Notes under the pieces: generated by a model | Told to the model about the DNA's origin: nothing | Seen by the model: the letters and a program-made list of their open reading frames with translations, nothing else | Databases searched by the model: none | Position numbers and translations under genes: made by a program | Assembly (NCBI RefSeq): GCF_037042905.1 | Contig: NC_087251.1 | Coordinates: 310,001-374,000, forward strand | Reading direction: 5' to 3' | Source of the DNA: Lytechinus pictus | Lineage: Eukaryota | Length of the DNA: 64,000 nucleotides | Part shown: piece after piece, positions 26,207 through 37,545 of the stretch | How the letters are laid out: the number at the start of each line of letters is the position of its first letter | Position numbering within the stretch: position 1 is the stretch's first letter

Positions 26207-27631
26207 TTCTCACATTTACATGCATATTTGAGGTACGAAGAAACAAAAACTAAGTTAAAGATTTCAAAGTATTCAAAGAGATTACCGGTATGCGGAAATC
26301 TGCTGTTCTTGATCAATTCATCTACAAATGTTAGCAAGAAAGAAAGGTCCCGACAATATTGGCCATTTACACACTCACTCACCTCACAGTCACAGTGTAC
26401 ACACACACAGCACTGCCGTTCTTGTACATGTACATTGCAAACTTCGATACGGTACCACTACCAGTACATCTTATCAAATTGTGAACTGTGTCTTTCACAT
26501 TTCTTGCATCACAACCTCACAATCACTTTCAGAATTTGTCTAGCATTGATTGGCTTAGCATGAATTTTGGATACGGGATTACAGGAAGGTTCAAGAAACA
26601 AAATTTACATTTTTTCCAGTTGTTTTACGGCTTCGTGTCGTCTCTCTCATAAGTGGTGCACGGTGTACATGGTATCTTATGAAAAGCAAACAGGAAAGAA
26701 AAAAATAAGCTGGCGCGAAACGGGACTTTGAGGGGTTAAATGAATAGCACCAGCTTAAGTCGCACTCAAACCACACAATACAACGCAAGCTAGCTCTCGG
26801 CTCTTGCTGAGCTGTGACAAATTATTACCGAGAATGCTTGGCGTCTCTTTGAACTTAGCCAGGGAACTTTGCTGCTTTGAATCGAGAATAAAGTCGAAAT
26901 TAGTGTCATGAAGGTGGGTGCATTTGTTATGGACACTATTTGATTAAGATCGTAATAATCGCTTCCCATTACCCGCGGCTCATACCCCTCTAAACGACAT
27001 TGCCCTGGGCGGCTACGCCCGGCCACTCGATGTGTTGTGAACTGGCAGACTTCTTACATGTTCGGGAGGGGTTACGCGGGCGGGCTCAGACCCGTCACCG
27101 TGGATAAACCGCACCCCCGACTTTTGCTTATATCCCGCCGAGAAAAAGGTGCGGTTAATACACCGTTACTTACGGTATGGGGAAAATTGTGTACGTTTAC
27201 TATGGGGACAAAAGGTCCCACACTTAACTGTCCCATACATAACATGTCATTAATTTTTTTTTTTTTTTGAGTCTGTAAGTAGAGGGTTTTGACTTATGAC
27301 ATGAAACTTGCCTTAGATATACTAGAGTGTTGTGACTCCTATCACACTAAGTTACAAGAGCTTTGTCAAATGAAATACTTTCAGAGAATTCTCAACTTGT
27401 AAAAAATGTTTTTAAAATTGTCTTTTTTCTGCGTCCCATACGTAACGGCACATCTTTTCTCTCTAAAAGGTCAAGGTCAAGGTCACATGTCACCATTTTT
27501 GCATGATTCTTTTAGATGTCTACCATCATGAGGGTATTCAATCTAATCAAAGTCATTTAACACTATTTTTTAGGCCATTAAAGCCTCTGAAATGTCCCAT
27601 ACGTAACACGCGCAAATTCTTGGACTTGCCC
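25224..27631. mobile_element. Non-autonomous Sola2-like element
   Basis: TIR GGGCAAATCCAAGAA / TTCTTGGACTTGCCC; flanks ATAT/AAAT; GTTACATATGGGACA subterminal repeats. Confidence 0.75.
26117..27175. mobile_element. Tc1/mariner superfamily (Tc2/pogo-like) MITE nested in the Sola-like element
   Basis: TA TSD; perfect 28-bp TIR CCGTAAGTAACGGTGTATTAACCGCACC; the empty site is seen in the copy at ~1270-1290. Confidence 0.88.
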
Positions 27632-28191
27632 AAATATAAAACCCATATATAAAAGCCAGCCTTGCCCCCCCCCCTTTGAGAGGCACAATTAAAAAAATTT
27701 ATGTAAAAATGCTGTTAAAACAGAAGTGTGCCCCCCCCCCCCCCTTTGAAAGATAAGGCCTTTTTTCCCTTGTTTAAATTTTTCGTGGACGAAATATCCT
27801 TATTTCTTGTTTATTTTTATTTTTTTTGTCAAATTTTTCCTCGGGAAAATGAGCCCCCTCTTTTAGAAAATCCTGGATCTGCCCCTGATACAAACAACAA
27901 CAAAATTAATATGAAAATGAAGTCAACAAAGAGATCTTATCAAAGTTACTACAAATACAAACAGGAACATGATTTCAAAGAGTAGGCCTGCAGTTTTGCA
28001 TCACCCACTGGAATTTCTAGCTAGATCCTGGTGGGGGCTGGCTGGTGCCTTCCTACTTGGGTTAAGATTGGCGTTCCAATAAGGGCTAAATCTGTTTTGG
28101 AGGCTTTGAATCAGACTAAAAATCTTGGACTTTTTATTTTTCATAGTGTTGCCTCAATTTTTTTTTGTAAAAAAGAGAACTTTGAAAAATT

Positions 28192-28289
28192 GTTCAAGAT
28201 GAGACTCGAACCTGCGTCAATGACCTTGACGTCAATGACCTTGACTGCAATGAACTCATAATAGCGCCTCATTTTACCGATTGCACCAC
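28192..28289 (-). mobile_element. tRNA-derived (SINE head-like) sequence
   Basis: Minus-strand A box TGGTGCAATCGG and B box GGTTCGAGTC, with an internal 15-bp duplication. Confidence 0.55.
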
Positions 28290-28470
28290 ACCAAATGAGC
28301 TGGTCGGCACGTCAGGCGTCGTCTGACTAAATAAACCCTATTGGGTATCGAGTCAGCCGAATCTACGCCAATATAGTCTTAACCTCCTGCTTGCTGCTCC
28401 ATTCACCAACAATTTCAGGAACCTGAATTTGAGACCTGAAGATGTAAAATGTGAAATTTCAACAACTTAA

Positions 28471-29076
28471 AGGACCCGGCTGGAGATATGATAGGCCTAT
28501 GGACAGATAAAGAAAAATCAGACTAACAAAACACTGAAAATTTAATCAAAATCGGAGAGGAAATAACAAAGTTATGACATTTCAAAGTTTGGAATTTATA
28601 TGCTGCTGAAACAGTTAGAAAATAGGCATGTCTTCATGAATATTCAATGTGCAAACTGATTATGTCATATCTCAACTTGTTCTTTTGTATTTTATTATAT
28701 GAAATTATGTTTATTCAAATTTTTTCCTCCAAGAACTAAAAAGTTGAACTGACAACTTATGTAGTGCTTTAGATTTTCATTCCTGCAACTTATTTCATGG
28801 GAGACATAATGAAACAATTATGATTTCATGGGAGACATAATGAAACAATTATGATTTCATGTAATAACAAAGAAAAAGGAAAGAGGGGATGTGACATCAT
28901 CAGCCACCCAATGAATATTGATGAAGTGAATATAACTGTTTTCACACATATTGCTAAATTTCAAAATTCAACAATTATTATTGTTATCAGATTTTGATGA
29001 AATGTTCAGCATTTTTCTCTGTGAATTTTACTATATTCATTATTAGATATAAATATCTTCAGCCCGAAGTAGCCCT
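28471..29076. mobile_element. Kolobok-like MITE (partial relative at ~63100-63335)
   Basis: TTAA|AGG ... CCT|TTAA, inverted arms. Confidence 0.72.
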
Positions 29077-29410
29077 TTAAGGGATTATTTGTGCTCCTCC
29101 GCACCCCCCCCCCCCCTACACACACATAACTATTAACTGGGTGTCTATAAATGGTATTTAATCATTTTTCACAATAATCATAATGATTCACATTAGGGCT
29201 GGGACTAAAACACGAAAACACGGGTACCCGGGTCCCGCCCGGAAGCCTCGGGTACCCGGGTAGAAAAATCAATATCCGATACCGGAAAATTGCTTACCAC
29301 TATAACGTATGTAATAATCGCTAGAGGGTATTCATTTGTCTCGCAATCTACTATGGTCAACAAGGAAATTCGTGATCACTCTCGCAAAAAGTGTTCACTA
29401 GCTTACAAGT

Positions 29411-29451
29411 TCACGAGCTTTCGAGTGCCGCTGCAACTCTTTATCAAGTGA
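29411..29451 (-). ncRNA. Hammerhead variant, copy 2
   Basis: Reverse complement of 13715-13755. Confidence 0.72.
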
Positions 29452-29594
29452 TGAAAATTATCTGATACGGTAGTCAATTTATACCAATCCCCAGGACCGT
29501 ACGCACGAACGCGGGAACAATAGGTGGGCACTGATCCGTTATGTGATTGGTCGGGCGTATATGCAAATAAGCCGGAGGTATATGTACATTTTCG

Positions 29595-29635
29595 TCACTT
29601 GATAAAGAGTTGCAGCGGCACTCGAAAGCTCGTGA
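29595..29635 (+). ncRNA. Hammerhead variant, copy 3
   Basis: Identical to 13715-13755. Confidence 0.72.
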
Positions 29636-30417
29636 ACTTGTAAGCTAGTGAACACTTTTTGCGAGAGTGATCACGAATTTCCTTGTTGACCATAGTAGAT
29701 TGCGAGACAAATGAATACCCTCTAGCGATTATTTCATTCCGCAATAATGAACCTATTTAGTATAACGTATGTATTTGATTTGTATTGCGTAGTGTAAGAC
29801 ATGATGGTAACTCATCACAAAAGTATACAAGTCTCATTTTGAATCTTACCAATTACCCTCGAAATATCCATAAATATACAAGTTTTTCAAGTGACGATGT
29901 GACTGAGATTGTTCAATTAGCGCCATGTTTCTTTTGCAGCTTGAGCATATGAAGTGCCAGCCAATCACGTTCGTGTTACCATTTTCAGTTCATCATAAAC
30001 CGAAAATGGCTACTTCTTAAGATTTTGACGGAAAAGCAAGAAGTAATCAAAATTTGCTTCATACCTGTGTGGTATCGTTGAGAAAACAGATCCTTTGAGA
30101 ATACCTTTCATAATATGAAATAGAGGAAAGTGGAATTCTAGTTCGATTTTGGTATGAGGTGACACAGTATTGCAGACTTGTTTTGATGGAATACTGCATG
30201 GGGCACGGGAGGCTTGCACTGCACATGCTTTACTATATTTTCATTGATAAATATTGGCTTGCGGCGCAGAGGCTGGATGACATCACCTATGGGGTTTTTC
30301 CATCAGTCATATTTCATGCGACATGATTTTCAAAAATTACCATGGGTACCCGTAGACAAAAATACCGGAAAGTCCCAGGCCTAATTCACATAGTACTTTA
30401 ATGGAGGCCAACAAATG

Positions 30418-31230
30418 TAGAGGGCAGCAACACTTTGCAGTATTGCTTTTAGGAAGGTCCACTCTGCTCAGATTTTGTGACCACTCTAAGCCCCGCCCCT
30501 CACTCAGAACTTTTTAGGTAGATTGCAGAGTTGATTTTTTTTTTCGTTTGTTCAATTTTACTATTTTTTATGGATAATGAAAACTCCAAGAATGAATGTT
30601 ACATATTATTTTCAGAATATTTATTTTGTAAAAAAAGTAAGACACAATGTAATCATGATTCTTGTAGTTTGCACATCAATAAAAATACATAGTCTGATGA
30701 TATTGTATTGCCATTCTTCTGCTAAATTTCGCTGCCCCTACCAAAAATACACCAGCCAACACCAGAGTCAAGACCTTGATCATTTGCCTGGCCGCACCGA
30801 AACTTCCCCGGGGTCACATAATGGTGCGCGTCCAGCTGGCTGCACTGCACTGGCGCATGTTATCTGGACGCGACTTGACATAGCTAGATATGGACCTGCA
30901 TGATATGGGCTTGGTCTGTCATTGTTCTGGCACTAAGGCAGTTGAGCAACGATATATGTTAAAGGTTAGAATCTTAATTTGAACTTTCAATGTAGATTGG
31001 AGTCTGAAAATATAAAAATGAGAATATAATATCCACAAATCCGACTGATTTTTGCCATCCATCAGGCAGAGATCGAATACAGCCACTACACTAGAAGAGT
31101 AGCCTAGTCCTAGACCTAGTCTGTCGTTAGACCTAACATCAGATCGAAATTATCTGTTCCAGTATGGACCCTTACATATCCTGACAGGTTTTGACTTGTG
31201 AACTATCAAAGGGCGGAGGTCTCTCCTACA
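30418..31230 (+). mobile_element. Unclassified interspersed repeat; uninterrupted partial copy of the 53712-63015 family
   Basis: Collinear with 53712-53979 joined to 62046-62600. Confidence 0.75.
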
Positions 31231-32666
31231 GCTAGGCCTATAATCATTCACAAACTCCTGTAGAGAATTGATTCACCTGCAATATTCCAATATCAATGTG
31301 TTAATTTCGTCTGTAGATCCATGCTTATGACATGTGCTCTGGAAAATGCTCAAGTACATAGTAAGCAGGGACTGCATAGAGAGTATGTTGGAAAAGCTCC
31401 AGTCCAAAGAAACCCCTGATACGATGTTTACTCAAACCTCTATTTAATTCAGTTAAAATTCATTTGCATGGTGATACTGAGTCATGGATAGTAGTAACAT
31501 GTTCATTCGTGTATGCATGATGTAGAACTTAATACACATGAATAAAGTACTGCATACAATGAGCCATGCAAAGAGGGTCAATGGGTAGGTATTCAACCCA
31601 TTCAGTTCCCAGGCATCACAGTACACACAGTGCAGCTATCATAACTGTACAAGAGATTTATAGCCTTCATTACATCTGATTCATGAATATTCAAGACTGG
31701 ATTGACAGAGCTGCCAATATGTAATGTACACTCACATAATTGGCTCACAAACATGCAATACAAGGCCTACTGTACAAGCATATACATGTCATTAAGAAAT
31801 ATTGTGATCACATAAAAACAACAGTATGAAGTCATGTATTTGCAGTGTACTTCTTCAAATACACTGAAACCAACAATATGGACAAGCATATATGTGTATT
31901 ATGGTTTTTGTATCACAATGCATCACATGAATTCTAGTACATATGTACAGCAGTTGAACCTCCAATCACTGAAATCCATTTATAACACATATTTTCATGG
32001 CAAATGATTTTTGGGGGATTGCTATTTATACAATAATCATGAGTAATATCAAGAGACCAGAAATGAGTAAAATGTTACAATTCCAATAAAATATTCTTTA
32101 TGGTAGCGCATGTACCGCACAGCATGTTGGCTTAAATGGCTCTGCGGGGTGAAACTAAATTTAGCACAGAGTTAAAATTCTGGTGGCATCTGCTCACTTA
32201 AACACTCGCCGCCTAATACGCTCAGTGCCTGAGTGGTCGCCGTCCAGGCGCCGACCTTATTGAGCAATCGCTGTCGAACGATTTAGGTCAAAAATTGAAT
32301 TCGTTGGATCAAAGACTGTCTAGCGGTCACCGGCAGAAGGTTCCCGGCCGCTCAGAGATCGGTCAATGATCTCAAAGTGAATTCAAGTTGGGCTGGTGGC
32401 CGGTGGGAGACTGCTTGGGAATCAATGGGTCATCAGTCGATCACTGCTCGGACGCCAAACAGAAAAGTTCCCTGATTTGGCCTTGAGTAATGGGTAATCG
32501 ACAGGGCTTTGCTCGGCCACTGATAAGTCTTTACAGTCGACTCAACTTACAAAAATCGTTGGGCGATGCCTAAATTCCAGCGGCGCCCGAGCAGGCTACT
32601 AATTGGTCGGTTGCAGCTCTGACTTAAGCCTACATGGACTGTTAGACCGGCACATCATTTGTGCAC

Positions 32667-32975
32667 AGGGGCAAAAATCTCTACCAAAAGGTAGGGGGGA
32701 CAAGGGGCTGAAAAATTTGACAAGCAAAAAAAAAAAAAAAAAAGAGGTTATCACCCCAAATGCAAAGTCATTTCGACCAAAATAAATTTGACAAGCAAAA
32801 AAAAAAAGGGTTATCACCCCAAAAGTAAGGTCATCTCGTACAAAATACATGTTTTATTTTGATTTTGAATGATGAATTTCTTTCCATCATAAAAGATCAA
32901 AAATAGAAGGGGGACATTTGATATTGTGTCCCCCCCTACTATTTTTAGTAGGGGGGACGCATCCCCCCTGGGATG
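32667..32975 (+). mobile_element. CAGGGGC-type hAT-like MITE, same family as the outer element at 43054-45438
   Basis: Shared AAAATTTGACAAGCAAAA...GGGGGACATTTGATATTGTGTCCCCCC. Confidence 0.7.
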
Positions 32976-34698
32976 TTTGTGCAGCAGAAAGAAATAGGTG
33001 AATATTATTTTTCTCTTTTATAACAAATTCCTATTAATTTACAATATTGCCGTAGCATTTAATGATTATTTGACTTTGAAAATGAGAAAGTCTTTGCGAG
33101 AGAATATATTCAATTGATTTGTTTTATATTTCTCCTGGAACAGCAACCCTGGATGTGTGGACGAGGCGCCTATTCGTTCGTTACTTAATATTATTTCAAA
33201 AATGTCGCCGATTGATATTTTGTTTCTTTTTCAGGTGTTTTGCTTTTAAGCCTGAGTCGATTTGATTTTAAAATCGGTGAATGATCGATGTCATCAAGCG
33301 CCGGTGCAGATTTTGCAAAATCGGTGCTTCGAATTTTTTTTTTAACGATAGTGTAAAGGAAAGTAATATGGCCTTTGCGTTTGGTACACACAATCATCGA
33401 AATGAACAATGTTTTGAATACTTGAATGATACCTACATTGTGTAATTATAATGCATATTCGCCATTAATTTGAAGTTCATTTTGAACCAGTTCGAGTCTT
33501 ACTATTCTGTTCATGCTGAGATACTTATAATTTATTCACGATAATTTCATGAATGGCCGTCTTTGATCGCGCATGTGCACTGTGATTTATAATCAAACCA
33601 GATCAAAATGGAAGGAAAAAATGAAAATGACGCGATCAACTTAAAATAAACCTTGCTCCCATTCATAGAACATTATTTAATTGTAATATTTTAACAATAA
33701 TTTGCACATAATAAACATTAATATAAATTTAAAGCTTGATGTGAAACATTTGTATCCCGCTTCCATTTTTAATGACGAATATCACAAATTTGAGACAGAG
33801 TGATGACCAGCATTTGTCTCAAAAAAATTATATGTCAGGATTGATTCTCGAACATCGTCATTGTAGCAACTCTTCTCACGATCGTAATATCACCATAAAA
33901 TATCATTTTACATGACCAAGCATAGAAAATTATGTTTGATTCAACAATCAAATTCAATTCAACTTCATTAAAAACATGATTCGCAGCCAAATGGCTGAGT
34001 TGGTCATGTATTCAAAGTACAAACAACTAAAAGGCTCATTACATATTTAAAACATTAAAAAGCAGTAACCTTTGTAAAAACTGACATGAGAAATGTGTAT
34101 AGGCAAGAATACCCCAATATGCAATGAAAATTTATATTCATGTACATAAGATAATGAGGAAGTGGTAAGATGGTAAATTACGAATGATATAAAAAATAAT
34201 TTGTAAAAGATCATTAAATGTATATGGATTAAATAAAAGTGTTGATTTCCTCATTCATTAAAAAACTTGATATTGCAAGTAGGCTGGTATTGCTTTCAAA
34301 TCAGTAATGGGTTTTGATTGGGCATGTCTTTATTCAGGAGATCTATGAAATGGGGTTATCACCGGTAAAAATCGCTGTCGGGCCAGTAGATTTTCAGAAA
34401 TAGCAAGATTTACTGGTCCGACATGACCAGTAAAAAGATATCATTGTCGGGCCAGTAATTTTTCAAAAAATAGCAAGATTTATGGGTCCGGCATAAACAG
34501 TAATAAAAACCATTGTTGGGCCAGTAACTTTTCCAGAAATGGTCAAATTCACTAGTCCAACATAAAAAATATTCCATGACTCAAATTGCAAACCATTTTC
34601 CTCCCGTTAATGTCATTTACACAAAGAATACACACAGAATGAATCGCATGCAATTTTTACTAGGGTAACATACAGTGTACATATGGCTAGCCAGCCAC

Positions 34699-35237
34699 GC
34701 ATACAACCGTAATTCCGAAGCTTCGTTATTCCGAAGGTTCGTTATTCCGAAGGTTCGTATTTCCGAAGGTTCGTTAGTCCGAAAACGAAATAAGGTTCTT
34801 AATTCCGAAGGTTCGTTAGTCCGAAAACGAAGTGAGGTTCGTAATTCCGAAGGTTCGTTAATCCGAAAACGAAATGAGGTTCGTAATTCCAAAGGTTCGT
34901 TAGTCCGAAAACTAATGATTAACGAACCTTATTTCGTTTTCGGACTAACGAACCTTATTTCGTTTTCGGATTAACGAACCTTCGGAACAACGAACCTTAT
35001 TTCGTTTTCGGATTGACGAACCTTCGGAACATCGAACCTTATTTCGTTTTCGGATTATCGAACCTTCGGAATAACGAACCTTCGGAATAACGCCACAAAT
35101 GTTCGGATTAACGAACCCTTTTACGTTTTCGGATTAACGAACATCGAGGTATAGGCAATTTACGTGTTTCGGAATTACGAACCGTCGGAATAAAGAACCT
35201 TCGGAATTACGAACCTTCGGAATTACGAAGTGTAACC
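34699..35237. mobile_element. MULE-like palindromic MITE built from TTCCGAAGGTTCG units
   Basis: 10-bp TSD AGCCAGCCAC (34689-34698, 35238-35247); unit orientation flips at ~34915. Confidence 0.75.
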
Positions 35238-35599
35238 AGCCAGCCACACAGCCCACATGGTAAATTTTCTACTGGCTGCGCGAACGAAGCTTGGCTAACC
35301 TCTGGCAGAAATCTCTCACAGAACTGTCTAAATTTACATTTCACACTAAGGAAAAGCTCTTATAATGTCCATATTGCCTAAAAATTGGGGTAACTCTGTC
35401 ATTTGTAAGCAGTAAAAGGAGAAATTTTCACTTCTGTTTTAGTTCAAAGAGATCGGGTTTCGAACGATATCATCTGAATACATGATAGCTCCACATATGC
35501 ATTTGTGTGTGTGTTGATACACTTGGTTTCTTTCGTAGCTATATATATCTTAATTGAGCCAAAAAGACACTGATAATTTATTAATGATGATAGTTTTAG

Positions 35600-36497
35600 C
35601 TTTATTTCTCCGTTTTCTTTCTATCTTTCTTTCCTTCTTTTTTTTCAATCTTTCTTTATTTCTTCCCTCTCTTCTTAAATTTTTTTGTTACTGTCTTTCT
35701 TTTTTAATTTTCCTTTTTTCTTTGTCTTTCATTCTTTCTGTCCTTTTAATATTTTTCTCTATTTCTTTTTCTCTTTCTTTTTCTTTCTTTTTTGATTTCT
35801 TTCTTTCTTTAATTCTTGAGTCCATCCATCCTATATTTATCTCTTCTTTCTTTCTTCCTTTCCTTCCTTCTTTTTACCCTTTCTTTCCTTCGTTCTTTAC
35901 TTTCTTTCTTTGTTTCTTTCTTCATTTCATCCATCCTTTCTTTACCCTTTCTTGTTATTTATTTCTTCCTTCTTTCAGCCCTTTCTCTCTTTCTTTCATT
36001 CATTCCTTCTTTCTGTCTTTTGTTCTTTCTTTTTCCTTTCGTTATATCTATCATTTTACCTTTTCTTTCTTTTTTTTTACTGCTTGCTTCCTTTCCTTTC
36101 TTCTTTCGTTCTTTCTTTCTTTTATCCCTTCCTTTCTTTGTCTTTCGGTCTTTTTTTTCTTCCTTTCATCTATTCTTTTACATTTTCTTTCTGTTATATT
36201 GCTTGCTTCCTTCCTTCTACATTTCTTTCCTTCATTCTTTTTTCCTTCTATCTATCATTTGACCTTTTCTTTATTTCTTCCTTAATTCCTTTCTTCCTTC
36301 TTTCAATTCTTTCTTTTTCCCTACTTTCCATCTCTCCTTTTACCCTTTCTTTTTTTATTGCTTCTTGAATTCTCTTTCCTTCATTACTTTCTGTCTTTTG
36401 TTCTTTCTTTCTATATTGCTTGCTACATTTCTTTCCTTCTATTCAATCTTTGTTTCTTCCCTCTCTTCCTTATTTTTTTTTGTTCTTTGTTTCTTTA
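35600..36497. repeat. Degenerate (CTTT)n polypyrimidine tract
   Basis: About 900 bp of almost only C/T on the + strand. Confidence 0.92.
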
Positions 36498-37545
36498 ATA
36501 AATTTCACAACCTTGATTCAGCTCCTCGGTAATTTTATAACCGTGTCTAAATTCTTTGAATGCGCAATTCTTATGATTACTTGACTAATCATGGGCACCA
36601 ATAAATGGAATACCTTCATAAATATAATTCAGGATTATTATTGGCGATGATAACAACTTTTTTGCAAACAATTAAAAACGATGACTAATAAAATTAAAAA
36701 ATGAAAAAAATTACGTACCTGGAACGAAACCAGCAGTACAAGCTTTATAACGAACGTCAACAATACGGTCTACCGAAGTCTATACGATGAAAAGTAGTGC
36801 TGCCACCAAACGGATATCCGAATGGTTTCCGCCCGCGTGGACGGATAACGGTTTTCATTTTTCGGGTTCGGGTATCCGTGGACACTGATTCACCACTTTC
36901 CTGTTACAAAAACTCATTAAATTTAGTAAGACTCACCAACAAAATTTATAAGTTTTAGTAGCCAATATAATCACCAATATCAATTAATCTTCTTCGGTAA
37001 TATATTCCCGCCGAAAACCATCGTTTTTAAATCAGTTATGAAACATGACCTTATATCAGTTTTGGAGCATGACCGTCCGTGAATGGAGTAAAGTTCCGTT
37101 CTGACAACGATCGCGATTTTACTATGGTGTCGCTTAAGATCGTTTTTCTTTCCCGTCTTATGTTTTGATGATTTCAAATGCGTAACTCATCGTATATTTT
37201 CTTACCTCGACTTTCAATGCGAGTGAAGAATGAAGATAATTTGAAACCATTTAAGCGTCAAATAAATGTTGATCGGGTTACTCGGGTGTGTCATGTGTTT
37301 CTTGTAATTTATTTATCAAATGCAAAATGAATTCTACTTTTTCTCACAGCAACTTTGGTTACCAATGAAGATGATTATTTTGAAACTATGAAAAGTTGAA
37401 AACGTCGAATGAATGTTGATTGCGTGTGTCATGTTGTTTCTTGTAATTAATGCAAAATGAATTCTACTTTTTCTCACAGCAACTTTGGTTACAAATGAAG
37501 ATGATTATTTTTGAAACTATGAAAAGTTGAAAACGTCGAATAAAT

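Larger units (their letters stand above)
29313..29760. mobile_element. Penelope pLTR-only insertion (inverted + direct copy)
   Basis: Near-identical to 13580-13925; TATAACGTATGT(A) duplicated at 29301 and 29761. Confidence 0.9.
29194..30383. mobile_element. Non-autonomous hAT element
   Basis: TAGGGCTGGGACT / AGTCCCAGGCCTA termini; 8-bp TSD ATTCACAT; GGGTACCCG subterminal repeats. Confidence 0.88.

Noticed and set aside
35554..36368. F/L/S-rich membrane-like ORFs (also 61563-61872, 58630-59510)
   Set aside because: Translations of CT-rich and GATA microsatellites.
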